This document shows, in pieces, positions 28,348 to 36,396 of a stretch of DNA of 64,000 nt (position 1 is its first letter; the number at the start of each line of letters is the position of its first letter). The notes beneath the pieces were generated by a model. That model made no database searches. It was not told the origin of the DNA and saw only the letters and a list, made by a program, of their open reading frames with translations. The translations under genes were made by a program, and so were the position numbers. The DNA is taken from positions 3,311-67,310 of the forward strand of contig CBDANJ010000005.1 in NCBI GenBank assembly GCA_965197545.1. The letters are read 5' to 3'. Source of the stretch: Dehalococcoidia bacterium (GTDB lineage Bacteria > Chloroflexota > Dehalococcoidia > Lucifugimonadales > UBA3495).

Positions 28348-28937
28348 GATAGTATCTCCTTCCCCAGCTTCTCGTAATCCGTCCAAGCCAGTTGTGCTCG
28401 GGGATCCCGGACAGCGAAGACCGGAACGCCTGCTAGAGCGGCCTTTTGAAAAGCAACGAGCCGACGGATACCGACTTCAAAAAGAGGTACTGCCCCCTGC
28501 TGCAAGAGGCTCCTGGCTTCCTCTCCGTCGCGGCTCGGCCGCGGCGGAATGATGGCGAGCAGAACCCGGTAACTGTTGGCTCCGATGTCCTGCAGGACCT
28601 TAACGGTGAGCATGAGCGCGTCCAAGGCCAGCACGTCCGGCGTCGTGGGAATGACGAGTAAATCGCAGCCGTCTGCAAGGGCCTTGAGATCCTCCTCTTC
28701 GGGACGCGCCTCGGTGTCGATAATGATGTGCTCGTACTCGCGCGCGTAGCGGGCGGCTTGGCGTTCATCGACGACCTTGAAAGGCAGCCCTCCTCGTTTA
28801 CCCCAGACAGTTGCGCTGCGGTTGGCATCCCCGTCAACCAGTAGTGCCGGAGCCCTCTTTTGCAGGTAGGCGGCGAGGTGTACGGCGGTCGTGGTCTTCC
28901 CTACCCCACCCTTGAAGCTGGCAACGGTGATGATCAC
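28344..28937 (-). CDS. parA: ParA-family partition ATPase
   Basis: Deviant Walker A KGGVGKTT, and DGDANRS. Confidence 0.9.
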   Translation of the reverse strand: MIITVASFKGGVGKTTTAVHLAAYLQKRAPALLVDGDANRSATVWGKRGGLPFKVVDERQAARYAREYEHIIIDTEARPEEEDLKALADGCDLLVIPTTPDVLALDALMLTVKVLQDIGANSYRVLLAIIPPRPSRDGEEARSLLQQGAVPLFEVGIRRLVAFQKAALAGVPVFAVRDPRAQLAWTDYEKLGKEILS

Positions 28938-29010
28938 TGCCTGCGATTATACCAAAAGTCCGAGTGTTTGAGTATATAAACTTTTGAAAGTTTGGATGTT
29001 TGAAAAAATT
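28938..29010 (-). promoter_or_regulatory. parA promoter/operator
   Basis: The rc contains TGGTATAAT (28946-28954), 8 nt from the GTG start, so there is no room for an RBS. Same palindrome as at 18690..18756. Confidence 0.5.
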
Positions 29011-29180
29011 TACAGGTGAGCCCATGGCGTGAATCCACCACCACGACTTTCCTGGAAAGCGGAAATCGCAACCAGGAGAGCTTTGAGGGTTTGCGGGATT
29101 GACCTGGTGCGCGACAAGCCTTGGCCTTCAGTCCGGGGAGGGATAGCGCGGACGGCGCAGCCGTCCTTTGGGTTGGCCGT

Positions 29181-29594
29181 TCAGAGAGGTGTCTGCTGCT
29201 GTTCGATGTACTGGCGCACGATGGAGATCGGTGCACCGCCGCAGGATGAGGCAAAGTAGGACGGCGACCAGAGCACGCCCTTCCAGTAGCGTTTCTCGAT
29301 GTCGGGTCGCTCTCTGCGCAGCAGGCGACTGGACACGCCTTTCAGGCTGTTCACCAGACTCGAAACGGCTACCTTAGGCGGATATTCCACCAACAGGTGA
29401 ACATGATCATCTCCGCCGTCCATATCGATCAGGGTGGCCTCGAAGTCGGCACAGACCTTGGTAAAGATCGTACGAAGTCGCTTGATGGCATCGCCGTCGA
29501 ACACCTGGCGGCGATACTTTGCCACAAATACCAAGTGTATATGAATCTTGAAAATACAATATCTTCCGTGTCTTATATCCTTGTAATCTGTCAT
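29181..29594 (-). CDS. tnpA: IS200/IS605 Y1 (HUH) transposase
   Basis: HIHLVFVAKYRR, HVHLLVEYPP (HUH) and SPSYFASSCGGAPISIVRQYIEQQ (catalytic Y). Confidence 0.9.
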   Translation of the reverse strand: MTDYKDIRHGRYCIFKIHIHLVFVAKYRRQVFDGDAIKRLRTIFTKVCADFEATLIDMDGGDDHVHLLVEYPPKVAVSSLVNSLKGVSSRLLRRERPDIEKRYWKGVLWSPSYFASSCGGAPISIVRQYIEQQQTPL

Positions 29595-29615
29595 AGACCA
29601 AATTATAATGTTCTC

Positions 29616-30830
29616 CTGAAACGCCTGCAAACCTTCAAGTTCGAGACGCGGCCCAGTGGTCAGCAGAAACAACGCATGCGCCGCTTCGCGGGCTCACGCC
29701 GTTTCGTGTTCAATCGTGCCTTGGCTTTGCAGAAGGAATGCCACAAGCAAGGCGAGAAGCGGCTCGGCTACGCCGGTCTGTGTCAGTTGCTCACGGCGTG
29801 GCGCCACGCTCCGGAGACGGCATGGCTGGCCGATGCGCCCGCGCACCCTCTGCAACAAGCGCTCAAGGATCTCGAGCAGGCTTATGCCCACTTCTTTGCC
29901 AAGCGGTGTCGGCTTCCACGCTTCAAGAAGAAAGGCCGATCCGAAAGCTTCCGCTATCCCGACCCGAAACAGATCAAGCTCGATCAAGCCAACGGCCGCC
30001 TTTTTCTACCCAAGCTCGGTTGGTTGCGCTACCGAAACAGCCGCAAGGTCCTGGGGGAGGTGAAGCAGGTCACCGTGTGCCAACTCTGTGAGAAGTGGTT
30101 CGTATCGATCCAGACCGAGCGCTGCGTCGAGCCGCCCCTGCCACAGGGCGGGGCTGTCGGCATCGACCTGGGGATTACTCGCTTTGCTACGCTCTCCGAT
30201 GGTACGTTCTACGCACCGCTCAACAGTTTCAAGCGGCATGAGACTGCCTTGCGCAAAGCGCAGCAGGCGATGAGCCGCAAAACCACGTCCAGCAACAACT
30301 GGAAGAAGGCGAAAGGCCGTGTTCAGCGTCTCCATGCCCGGATCCGCAATGGCCGACGAGACGAGCTGCACAAGACCACGACCACGATCAGCAAAAACCA
30401 CGCGATAGTGTGTATCGAGGACTTGAAGGTGAGGAACCTGTCCAAGTCAGCGGCTGGATCAACCGAACAACCGGGCACTCATGTTCGGGCCAAGTCCGGT
30501 CTGAACAAATCCATCCTCGATCAAGGCTGGTTCGAGTTCCGCCGCCAACTGGCCTACAAGCTCCAGTGGTCCGGCGGATTGATGATTCCTGTACCGCCGC
30601 AGAACACGAGTCGTACCTGCCCGTGGTGCGGTCATGTGTCGAAGGACAACCGGCGGACTCAATCCCGGTTCGAGTGTGTGGCATGTGGTTTAAAGGAAAA
30701 CGCCGATTTAGTGGGTGCGATCAATATTCTAAGGGCAGGGCTTGCCCGGTTCGCCTGTGAAGTGAGCGGCGCAGTCATGCCGCCAGCAGCAGGAACCCTC
30801 CGAAGCGACTCGCTCAGGCATACAGCCTGA
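29616..30830 (+). CDS. tnpB: TnpB (IS605 OrfB, RuvC-like RNA-guided nuclease family)
   Basis: QTFKFETRPSGQQ..FAGSRRFVFNRAL; GIDLGITRFATLSDG; CIEDLKVRNL; CPWCGH..FECVACGLKENADLVGAINI. There is no in-frame ATG near the expected N-terminus, so CTG 29616 is a guess. Confidence 0.8.
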   Translation: MKRLQTFKFETRPSGQQKQRMRRFAGSRRFVFNRALALQKECHKQGEKRLGYAGLCQLLTAWRHAPETAWLADAPAHPLQQALKDLEQAYAHFFAKRCRLPRFKKKGRSESFRYPDPKQIKLDQANGRLFLPKLGWLRYRNSRKVLGEVKQVTVCQLCEKWFVSIQTERCVEPPLPQGGAVGIDLGITRFATLSDGTFYAPLNSFKRHETALRKAQQAMSRKTTSSNNWKKAKGRVQRLHARIRNGRRDELHKTTTTISKNHAIVCIEDLKVRNLSKSAAGSTEQPGTHVRAKSGLNKSILDQGWFEFRRQLAYKLQWSGGLMIPVPPQNTSRTCPWCGHVSKDNRRTQSRFECVACGLKENADLVGAINILRAGLARFACEVSGAVMPPAAGTLRSDSLRHTA

Positions 30831-30875
30831 GTGAGCGCCGTAGGAATCGTCGTCCTTTAGGACGGCGAGGATGTC
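30690..30875 (+). ncRNA. candidate TnpB omega/reRNA scaffold
   Basis: Position is inferred from family knowledge (tnpB 3' end plus right end). Visible hairpins GCGACTCGCTCAGGC-ATACA-GCCTGAGTGAGCGC (30806-30839) and 30848-30867. Boundaries not determined. Confidence 0.35.
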
Positions 30876-31140
30876 AACAGCGACTAAGTTCTGGGAGAGT
30901 ACGACAGTGGCAAACAATAGCGCGAGGCTGAGGGTTCTTCGCATCCCGGCATACACCGCCCCCAGAACCGACTAGCAAGAGCGACAGAGTGCCGCCTACA
31001 TCCGAGTTGGGTGCCAAGGTCAGCGCCATTGCCACTACAATTGCCAAACTAACGATGATTCTTGTTGCCATTTTCTTCTCCCTGCATAATCACCAGTGAG
31101 TAGCATTACGCACCCCCGTGAGTCTCGCGGCTGGAAAGGT

Positions 31141-31590
31141 CTATTGGGGCGCTTTGTCCTTGTCCGCAATGATGGCTCGTGCCCGCTTGGTGAGGAGTTC
31201 CTTCTCTTTGGGCGTAAACCGGATATCTCCGCTGACCCAACGGCTGATATCCCGGGTTGCGATCTCGGTGATGCGCATCTGTTCACCCCGAAGTGTGATG
31301 GGAATGACGCCGGCAATCTCAATCGCCTCCTGGCACTCCCGGATGGATATCGTTGGCGGGGCAGGAGGAATGAGGGGGCGGTCTGCCTCTGCAATGATGG
31401 CCCGCGCCTTCCTGGTAAGCTCTTCCTGGCTGGCGCGCGGAAGGCGGATATCTCCGCTGACCCAGCGCGGCCCCTGGGTTCGGAGGTCTCTGGTGATGAG
31501 CACCTGCTCACCACGAATCATCAGAGGGATGCCGCCTCCGGCGATCCAAATCGCCCTTCGGCAAGCTCCGATGGATATTTTCGGTTTCAT
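31141..31590 (-). CDS. hypothetical protein made of two tandem ~65-aa repeats
   Basis: GGAGGA RBS. The repeats ISIGACRRAIWIAGG..RGEQVLITRD..RWVSGDIRL..ELTRKARAIIAEAD and ISIRECQEAIEIAGV..RGEQMRITEI..RWVSGDIRF..ELLTKRARAIIADKD are also visible at the nucleotide level. Confidence 0.6.
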   Translation of the reverse strand: MKPKISIGACRRAIWIAGGGIPLMIRGEQVLITRDLRTQGPRWVSGDIRLPRASQEELTRKARAIIAEADRPLIPPAPPTISIRECQEAIEIAGVIPITLRGEQMRITEIATRDISRWVSGDIRFTPKEKELLTKRARAIIADKDKAPQ

Positions 31591-31695
31591 CTTTCCTTTC
31601 CTCCGTGGGGTGAAGTAACTTTATCAGGCTGTAGGGAGGGCAGTCGAAGCCGGTGATTACCATAGGCTTAACTGCTCATCCTTGAATTGTGAGAC

Positions 31696-32685
31696 CTACG
31701 GACCCTCGTCCAGATAATAGCCGGAGCCGACCAGGATGGGCAGGCCATAGGCCACGACCCTTTTGACGAAAGCCACCTTGCGCTGCAGCCTCCCGGTGGC
31801 GGGATTGCGCGTCGAGTAGTACAGGAAGGTTTCCCCGAACGCATCGCCGACGCTCACCACATCCCGGCCGCCGAAGGGACCGTCCAGATAGTCATTCAAC
31901 TCGGGAGCAAGGCTGCCCCACCACTGGCTGCTGTAGGGATCGCCGCTGAACAGCGGGTAGCCGTAGGTATCCAGGCCGAACAGGTAGATCGAGTCGTTCC
32001 TCCAGCGCGGATCGCTCGACAGCGCCCGGGTGGCGAAGTACCCCTGCGATTCCAGCTCCATTGCGGCGCAGCGGACAAACTCCTTCAACCTCGCGTTGGA
32101 AGGCTCGGCGGCGAGCACCGTGGCGTTGACGTCGTCCTTGTTGCATGTGCCCGGAATGTCGCGCTGATAGATCCCCGCGCCGATCGCTGCCGGCACCCCG
32201 TTCCAGTCGATGGCCTTGGCGTAGGCAGCCTTCGGTTCACTCTTTTCCGACGCCGGGTTTGTGAAGTCGTAGTAGGTCCAACCCTCGCCGAAGCTGCTCA
32301 TGAGACGAACGAATTCCAAAATGAGGTCGCTGCCGAAGATGTCGACTAGTTCTCCCCACGGCACCCCTTCCCTCGACGGGTCGGGTGGAAAGACAAACGC
32401 TCGAGACGCCCCAGGCACCGGCGTCATTTCGTCGACGAAGACATAGGTGGGGCCGCTTTTCCAACGCTCGTCCTCGTTGAAGGCGCGCCGTGCCTCTTCA
32501 AAACCCATTTCCTGGACATACTCATAGGCACATTGAACGAAGATTTCAACGTCCTTCGGCGTCCGGACAGCGCTGGCGACGACGGACTGATCCGCGCAAG
32601 GCGGCGGTTCATCGGCACCGAACGCCTGCGGCGCGGCGTATAGCAAAATCAAGGGAAGCAGCAATGGGGAAAGACTAGGTTTCAT
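31696..32685 (-). CDS. periplasmic tandem Cache-like domain protein
   Basis: Signal peptide MKPSLSPLLLPLILLYAAPQAFG. FNEDERWKSGPTYVFVDE..GWTYYDFTNPA..PKAAYAKAIDW..IGAGIY, then a second similar half. Paralog of 47018..48013. Confidence 0.7.
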   Translation of the reverse strand: MKPSLSPLLLPLILLYAAPQAFGADEPPPCADQSVVASAVRTPKDVEIFVQCAYEYVQEMGFEEARRAFNEDERWKSGPTYVFVDEMTPVPGASRAFVFPPDPSREGVPWGELVDIFGSDLILEFVRLMSSFGEGWTYYDFTNPASEKSEPKAAYAKAIDWNGVPAAIGAGIYQRDIPGTCNKDDVNATVLAAEPSNARLKEFVRCAAMELESQGYFATRALSSDPRWRNDSIYLFGLDTYGYPLFSGDPYSSQWWGSLAPELNDYLDGPFGGRDVVSVGDAFGETFLYYSTRNPATGRLQRKVAFVKRVVAYGLPILVGSGYYLDEGP

Positions 32686-32918
32686 AGTCTGCCCATTTTC
32701 CCACATCTCCAAGACAAGAACCACAAGAGAAACAAAGCTCAACCACAAAAAGGGGGGCTTTACGCCCTTGAGAAAGAACTAGCGGCTGGGGCCATAGTCT
32801 CGCTCCGGCCACGGCAGTAGCGGCCTTGGCGTGCCCCTTTTTTTCCGTTCGGCACGGGGTGGGCCGAGTAGTAGAGGATAACCACAGCGGAATGAGAGAG
32901 ATAAGGAAATATGGAGTT

Positions 32919-32994
32919 GTGACACCTTTGGGACGAATCGGGTGACACCCCCCCTCTGTCCCTGTCACATTTATCGCGCGGCCCTCAGTCACAT
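32919..32994. promoter_or_regulatory. four-site array around the C-rich core (copy 3)
   Basis: GTGACA at 32919 and 32942; core CCCCCCCTCTGTCCC at 32948-32962; TGTCAC at 32963; AGTCAC at 32987. Confidence 0.55.
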
Positions 32995-33020
32995 TCAAAA
33001 TGCCCGTTTTGCCCTCTCTT

Positions 33021-33270
33021 TCATCCGGTTTCCTCCGGGGCGGAAAAACGGGTGGCCCGCCACGTTTCGCAGTCGTCAATCGAGACCCCTTCCGTCAGTT
33101 TCGCTTCGGGGAGGCGTTGAAGCTCAACAGACCGTCTCCCGGCTCCCCCGTAGCCTCCATACTGCGCTAGAAACTCCTGGTCCCTACGGGTGATCGCCTC
33201 GTGGATCGCCTTGATCTCCTGCTTTACCGTGAGTCCTTCGGCGGACTTCCTCTGCCGCAGGGCGTCCCAA
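33021..33270 (-). pseudogene. family-X 3' fragment (third copy)
   Basis: ..WDALRQRKSAEGLTVKQEIKAIHEAITRRDQEFLAQYGG..LPEAKLTEGVSIDDCETWRATRFSAPE aligns with the C-termini of 1864..2856 and 11938..12957. Confidence 0.65.
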
Positions 33271-33321
33271 AACCGCAGATGGATATCCCTGTCTTGTCTG
33301 GGGAATATGGGAGAATAAACT

Positions 33322-34296
33322 ATGGAGCGTAAACGAGATGGGTTGCTTCCTATCGGGGAAGTCTTCGGCAGCTTGGACGGGCCGGTGAAAACACTCCAGA
33401 AGTCGCCCCGGGCGCAGCGGGGCTTCACCCAAGCCGACCAAGTGAATCAGCTTGTTTCGGCCAGTGAAGCGGACCCGGATCTCGGCTTCATGGCGCGGTT
33501 GATGGCGCTGTGCAGCCTGCCTCGCACCAACCCCGGAGACCGACTTCAGTACAAGCGCGTCAACGGGCCGTATAAACTCATCATGTCGGCCACCGGGGAC
33601 CACAAGCTGCCCTTCGGCAACCTCCCACGCCTGTTACTCGCCTGGGTCTCGACCGAAGCGGTGCGGACCCAAAGCCGCGAACTCGTCCTGGGGAAGTCGC
33701 TTTCAGATTTCATGCGAACACTAGGAATAAACAGCACCAGTGGCGGGAAGAGGGGCGAGCAAACCCGGCTTCGTAATCAGATGCGGCGGCTTTTCAATGC
33801 TCATGTCCGGTTGGTCTACGAGCACGAGCACGGCGAAGCAAGCGTGAGTTCGTCTGTAGCCGACCGCACCGAGTTCTGGTGGAATCTCAAGCGTCCCGAC
33901 GAGCCGATGCTGTGGCAGAGCAAGATCCGCCTCGGCGAAGACTTCTTTAACGAGATCATCCGCCATACCGTCCCGATCGACATGAACACCCTCAAGGCGC
34001 TCAAACGGTCCCCGCTGGGCCTGGATCTCTACCTGTGGCTCACCTACCGCACCTTCGCCCTCCGCGCTGCACAGCGGCTCACTTGGCGTCAGGTGTACCG
34101 TCAGTTTGGAGCGGACCCGGCCAAAGCCAGCGATAAGCGCACCGTTCTAAACTTCCGTAGCAAGGTTCTACGGGAGTTCAAGAAGATCAAAGCGGCCTGG
34201 CCGGCTCTGAATTACGCGACGGCTCCAGGCGCGTTGATCCTCTTGCCCTCGACGCCAGTCATTGCACCATCGAATCATCGTCAGCTAGCAAATTAG
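33322..34296 (+). CDS. repA: RepA_C-type plasmid replication initiator
   Basis: GGGAGA RBS. FMARLMALCSLPRTNPG, FGNLPRLLLAWVSTEAVRTQSR, LRNQMRRLF, VPIDMNTLKALKRSPLGLDLYLWLTYR. Confidence 0.85.
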   Translation: MERKRDGLLPIGEVFGSLDGPVKTLQKSPRAQRGFTQADQVNQLVSASEADPDLGFMARLMALCSLPRTNPGDRLQYKRVNGPYKLIMSATGDHKLPFGNLPRLLLAWVSTEAVRTQSRELVLGKSLSDFMRTLGINSTSGGKRGEQTRLRNQMRRLFNAHVRLVYEHEHGEASVSSSVADRTEFWWNLKRPDEPMLWQSKIRLGEDFFNEIIRHTVPIDMNTLKALKRSPLGLDLYLWLTYRTFALRAAQRLTWRQVYRQFGADPAKASDKRTVLNFRSKVLREFKKIKAAWPALNYATAPGALILLPSTPVIAPSNHRQLAN

Positions 34297-34416
34297 GCTC
34301 TTAAGTTCCCCGTTCCTGGCTCAAAGTCGCCCCCCCTGTTACCACCGCGAAGCCCGATGTGTTTAAAGGGGTACCTGAGCCTCTGAAAGCCGATTCTGGG
34401 GCTTCCATCGCCGCAG

Positions 34417-34599
34417 TTTTCCACAGGAGCCTGTGATTCAGGGAAGTTTTCCACGCTGTTGCGGGATACCTTCCCCATCAATTCTTCGCTGTTGCGGGAT
34501 ACCTTCCCCATCAATTCTTCGCTGTTGCGGGATACCCATACAAGTAATAAGACAAGTAATAAAGAAACAAGTAGTAGGAACGACGACTACTGTGAATAA
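34417..34599 (+). other. iteron-type oriV (copy 3, complete)
   Basis: TTTTCCACA box at 34417; iterons; CAAGTAAT/CAAGTAGT AT-rich repeats; GACGAC; TGTGAATAA (rc TTATTCACA) at 34591-34599. Confidence 0.65.
34454..34537 (+). repeat. iterons: CGCTGTTGCGGGATACC x3 at 33-bp spacing
   Basis: Starts at 34454, 34487 and 34520. The first two units are identical over all 33 bp. Confidence 0.8.
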
Positions 34600-34684
34600 A
34601 TCAACCGAAAACAGAACCTGGAACAAGAGGATCCCAAGGGCGCCAGGTTGCCCTCTCTGTAAGACCCGCTAAGTGCCTTTATCA

Positions 34685-34759
34685 GGTACTGTCAAGCTAA
34701 GTAGAATTCTCTGGTTTTGGAGGCGGAAACAGTCGGCGGTCGAACGTAGGATCAACAAC
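34685..34759. mobile_element. partial MITE copy C (one terminus plus 75 bp)
   Basis: GGTACTGTCAAGCTAAGTAGAATTCTCTGGTTTTGGAGGCGGAAAC.. matches 40813-40887. Ends abruptly at the truncated IS110. Confidence 0.65.
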
Positions 34760-34810
34760 GCCAACCTGGCCCTCCGGTTGAACTGACGGGTTCGCTGAGT
34801 GCCTGGTTGC

Positions 34811-35776
34811 TTACCGGAGGATTTCTCCAGCACGGTCATCCCCAGGTACAGAGCCAGGCTTGGCCTCTTTTTCGAAGCGGACCAAAGTTCCGATCTCTCC
34901 GGCCAGTTCGCTGCTGCAGATGGTTCCAAAGCCGGGAATAGTGTCGATTCGTCTGGCCATCGCCGATTGCCGGGCGACGGGGCCGATCTGTTGCTCCAGC
35001 TGATCGATCTGAGCCAGCAGTTCGAGAAGGCGTCGAGCGTCACTCAGGATCATCGGACCCACCCAAGAGACCTTTGAAGAGAAACTAGCTTGGGCCTGCC
35101 ACTCCTGGATGATCTGTGCGTAGTGCCGGCCGATCCCCTGGATTTTCAGCACCGAGGAAAGATGGATTCGCGAGAGTTGGCGCAGATCCTTGCGGCAGGT
35201 TAAGAACCGCAAAAACCAGAGATTGGTCAGAGCTCCCGTTATCGAGGCTAATTCTGGGCACACCGCCTGCAGGTCCGAATGCAGGCGGCTGACCAAGCCG
35301 ACCTTTTCCTGAACCAGCTGCCGGCGACGACGAGTCAAGCGCTTCAGTTTCAGGTTTTCGGTGGGCCGCTCTCCGACCTCCTGCAGCACCTCCTTGGCCA
35401 AGGGCAGCGATCGCTGCAGCTGAAATAGTTCCAGCATCTTCCGAGCGTCAATTTGTTCGTTTTTGGCCGGCCCCGGAAAGATCTCCTTGTAGCGAGCCAG
35501 CTTCAGATTGTTAACGTTCAAGAGTCGATAGCCCCGCTGCTGGATCTGAGTGTCCAAAGGTCTGGCCCAGCCGTTGTAACCCTCCATCGCCACCTCTACG
35601 GATCGCTTCAGACGCCTGCGGTGACGTTCCACTCTGCGAAAGAAGTTTTCGAAACCTCTCTGCGTGTGCTCGACTTCGAACTCTTCCAAAACCTCTCCCT
35701 CCGACACGCCAATGCCCACCCAGTGGTTTTCACTTCCCACATCGATCGCAACTTGAATGGTCTTCGCTCTTTGCAT
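34811..35776 (-). pseudogene. IS110-family transposase, frameshifted and 3'-truncated
   Basis: DEDD-type N-terminus (VAIDVGSENHWV). After ..RFEKEA the family-typical ..SLALYLGMTVLEKSSGKQ..NRRARLAL continues in another frame and then runs into the MITE fragment. Confidence 0.7.
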
Positions 35777-35990
35777 ACAACCGTTCGCCTTTCCTTATCT
35801 GTACTGGGGATTGCCGACGATCATCCAAACCACCACGTCTACCAACAAAGCCACTGTAAGGCACCATCCCGGCAGGCTCGTTTGGATGAACACAAAGAAG
35901 GACAGGGGCGGCACTTCAACTTGAGTCGTCCGCTCGAAAGCGGCGACCGACAGCGCAGGCCACACCCCCGTCTGGATCCATCCTAGACCT
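35777..35990 (-). ncRNA. candidate IS110 5' noncoding (bridge-type) RNA region
   Basis: Inferred from the family. The only direct evidence is a hairpin with a UUCG loop on the transposase strand (35925-35947: GUCGCCGCU-UUCG-AGCGGACGAC). Extent unknown. Confidence 0.25.
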
Positions 35991-36396
35991 TTCCAAAAGT
36001 CTGTTCCAGCCGCGCTCGTCGACCTCTCACTTTCGGGCCTCGACCAAGCTGTGGAAACTGCCGCCCTATGGAAACGATCAAGACAAGTTCCAAGCCCCAG
36101 AGATCCTTCCCACAGGGCTTGGAAAACGGATCGCTCACGCTCACCGTTTCCCACAGCTTTCACAGCTTCTACTGCTCCTGAAATGAACACACTTTCAGAA
36201 GGATTCGATCTCAGAATATGATGGTAGACAGTACCGCGAAACGGTATGGCGCTAGTGAATCGGACGGCGAGACATTTCCGCAACATCTTCGCCGCCGCGA
36301 TCCTGGCGCTCCGCCCGTAAACGGGCAACCTCGGCGCAAAGCTCGGCTACTTCACCCGCTAGACCGGATCGAGGGGCAGCGCGTGAGTTGCCGGGG

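Larger units (their letters stand above)
29140..30875 (+). mobile_element. IS200/IS605-family element (divergent tnpA/tnpB)
   Basis: Subterminal hairpins GGACGG-CGCAG-CCGTCC (29150-29166) and CGTCGTCC-TTTA-GGACGGCG (30848-30867), both containing CGTCCTTT. Exact ends not determined. Confidence 0.8.

Noticed and set aside
36226-36234. GACAGTACC, considered as the missing second terminus of the partial MITE copy C beyond the IS110.
   Set aside because: Only 9 nt match, and the adjacent about 45 nt of MITE sequence are absent. The match is compatible with chance.
35795-36328. 177-aa minus-strand ORF between the IS110 and the CRISPR remnant.
   Set aside because: It has no RBS, no recognisable motifs and a composition typical of a non-coding frame. 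The region more likely contains the IS110 noncoding end and degraded flanking DNA.
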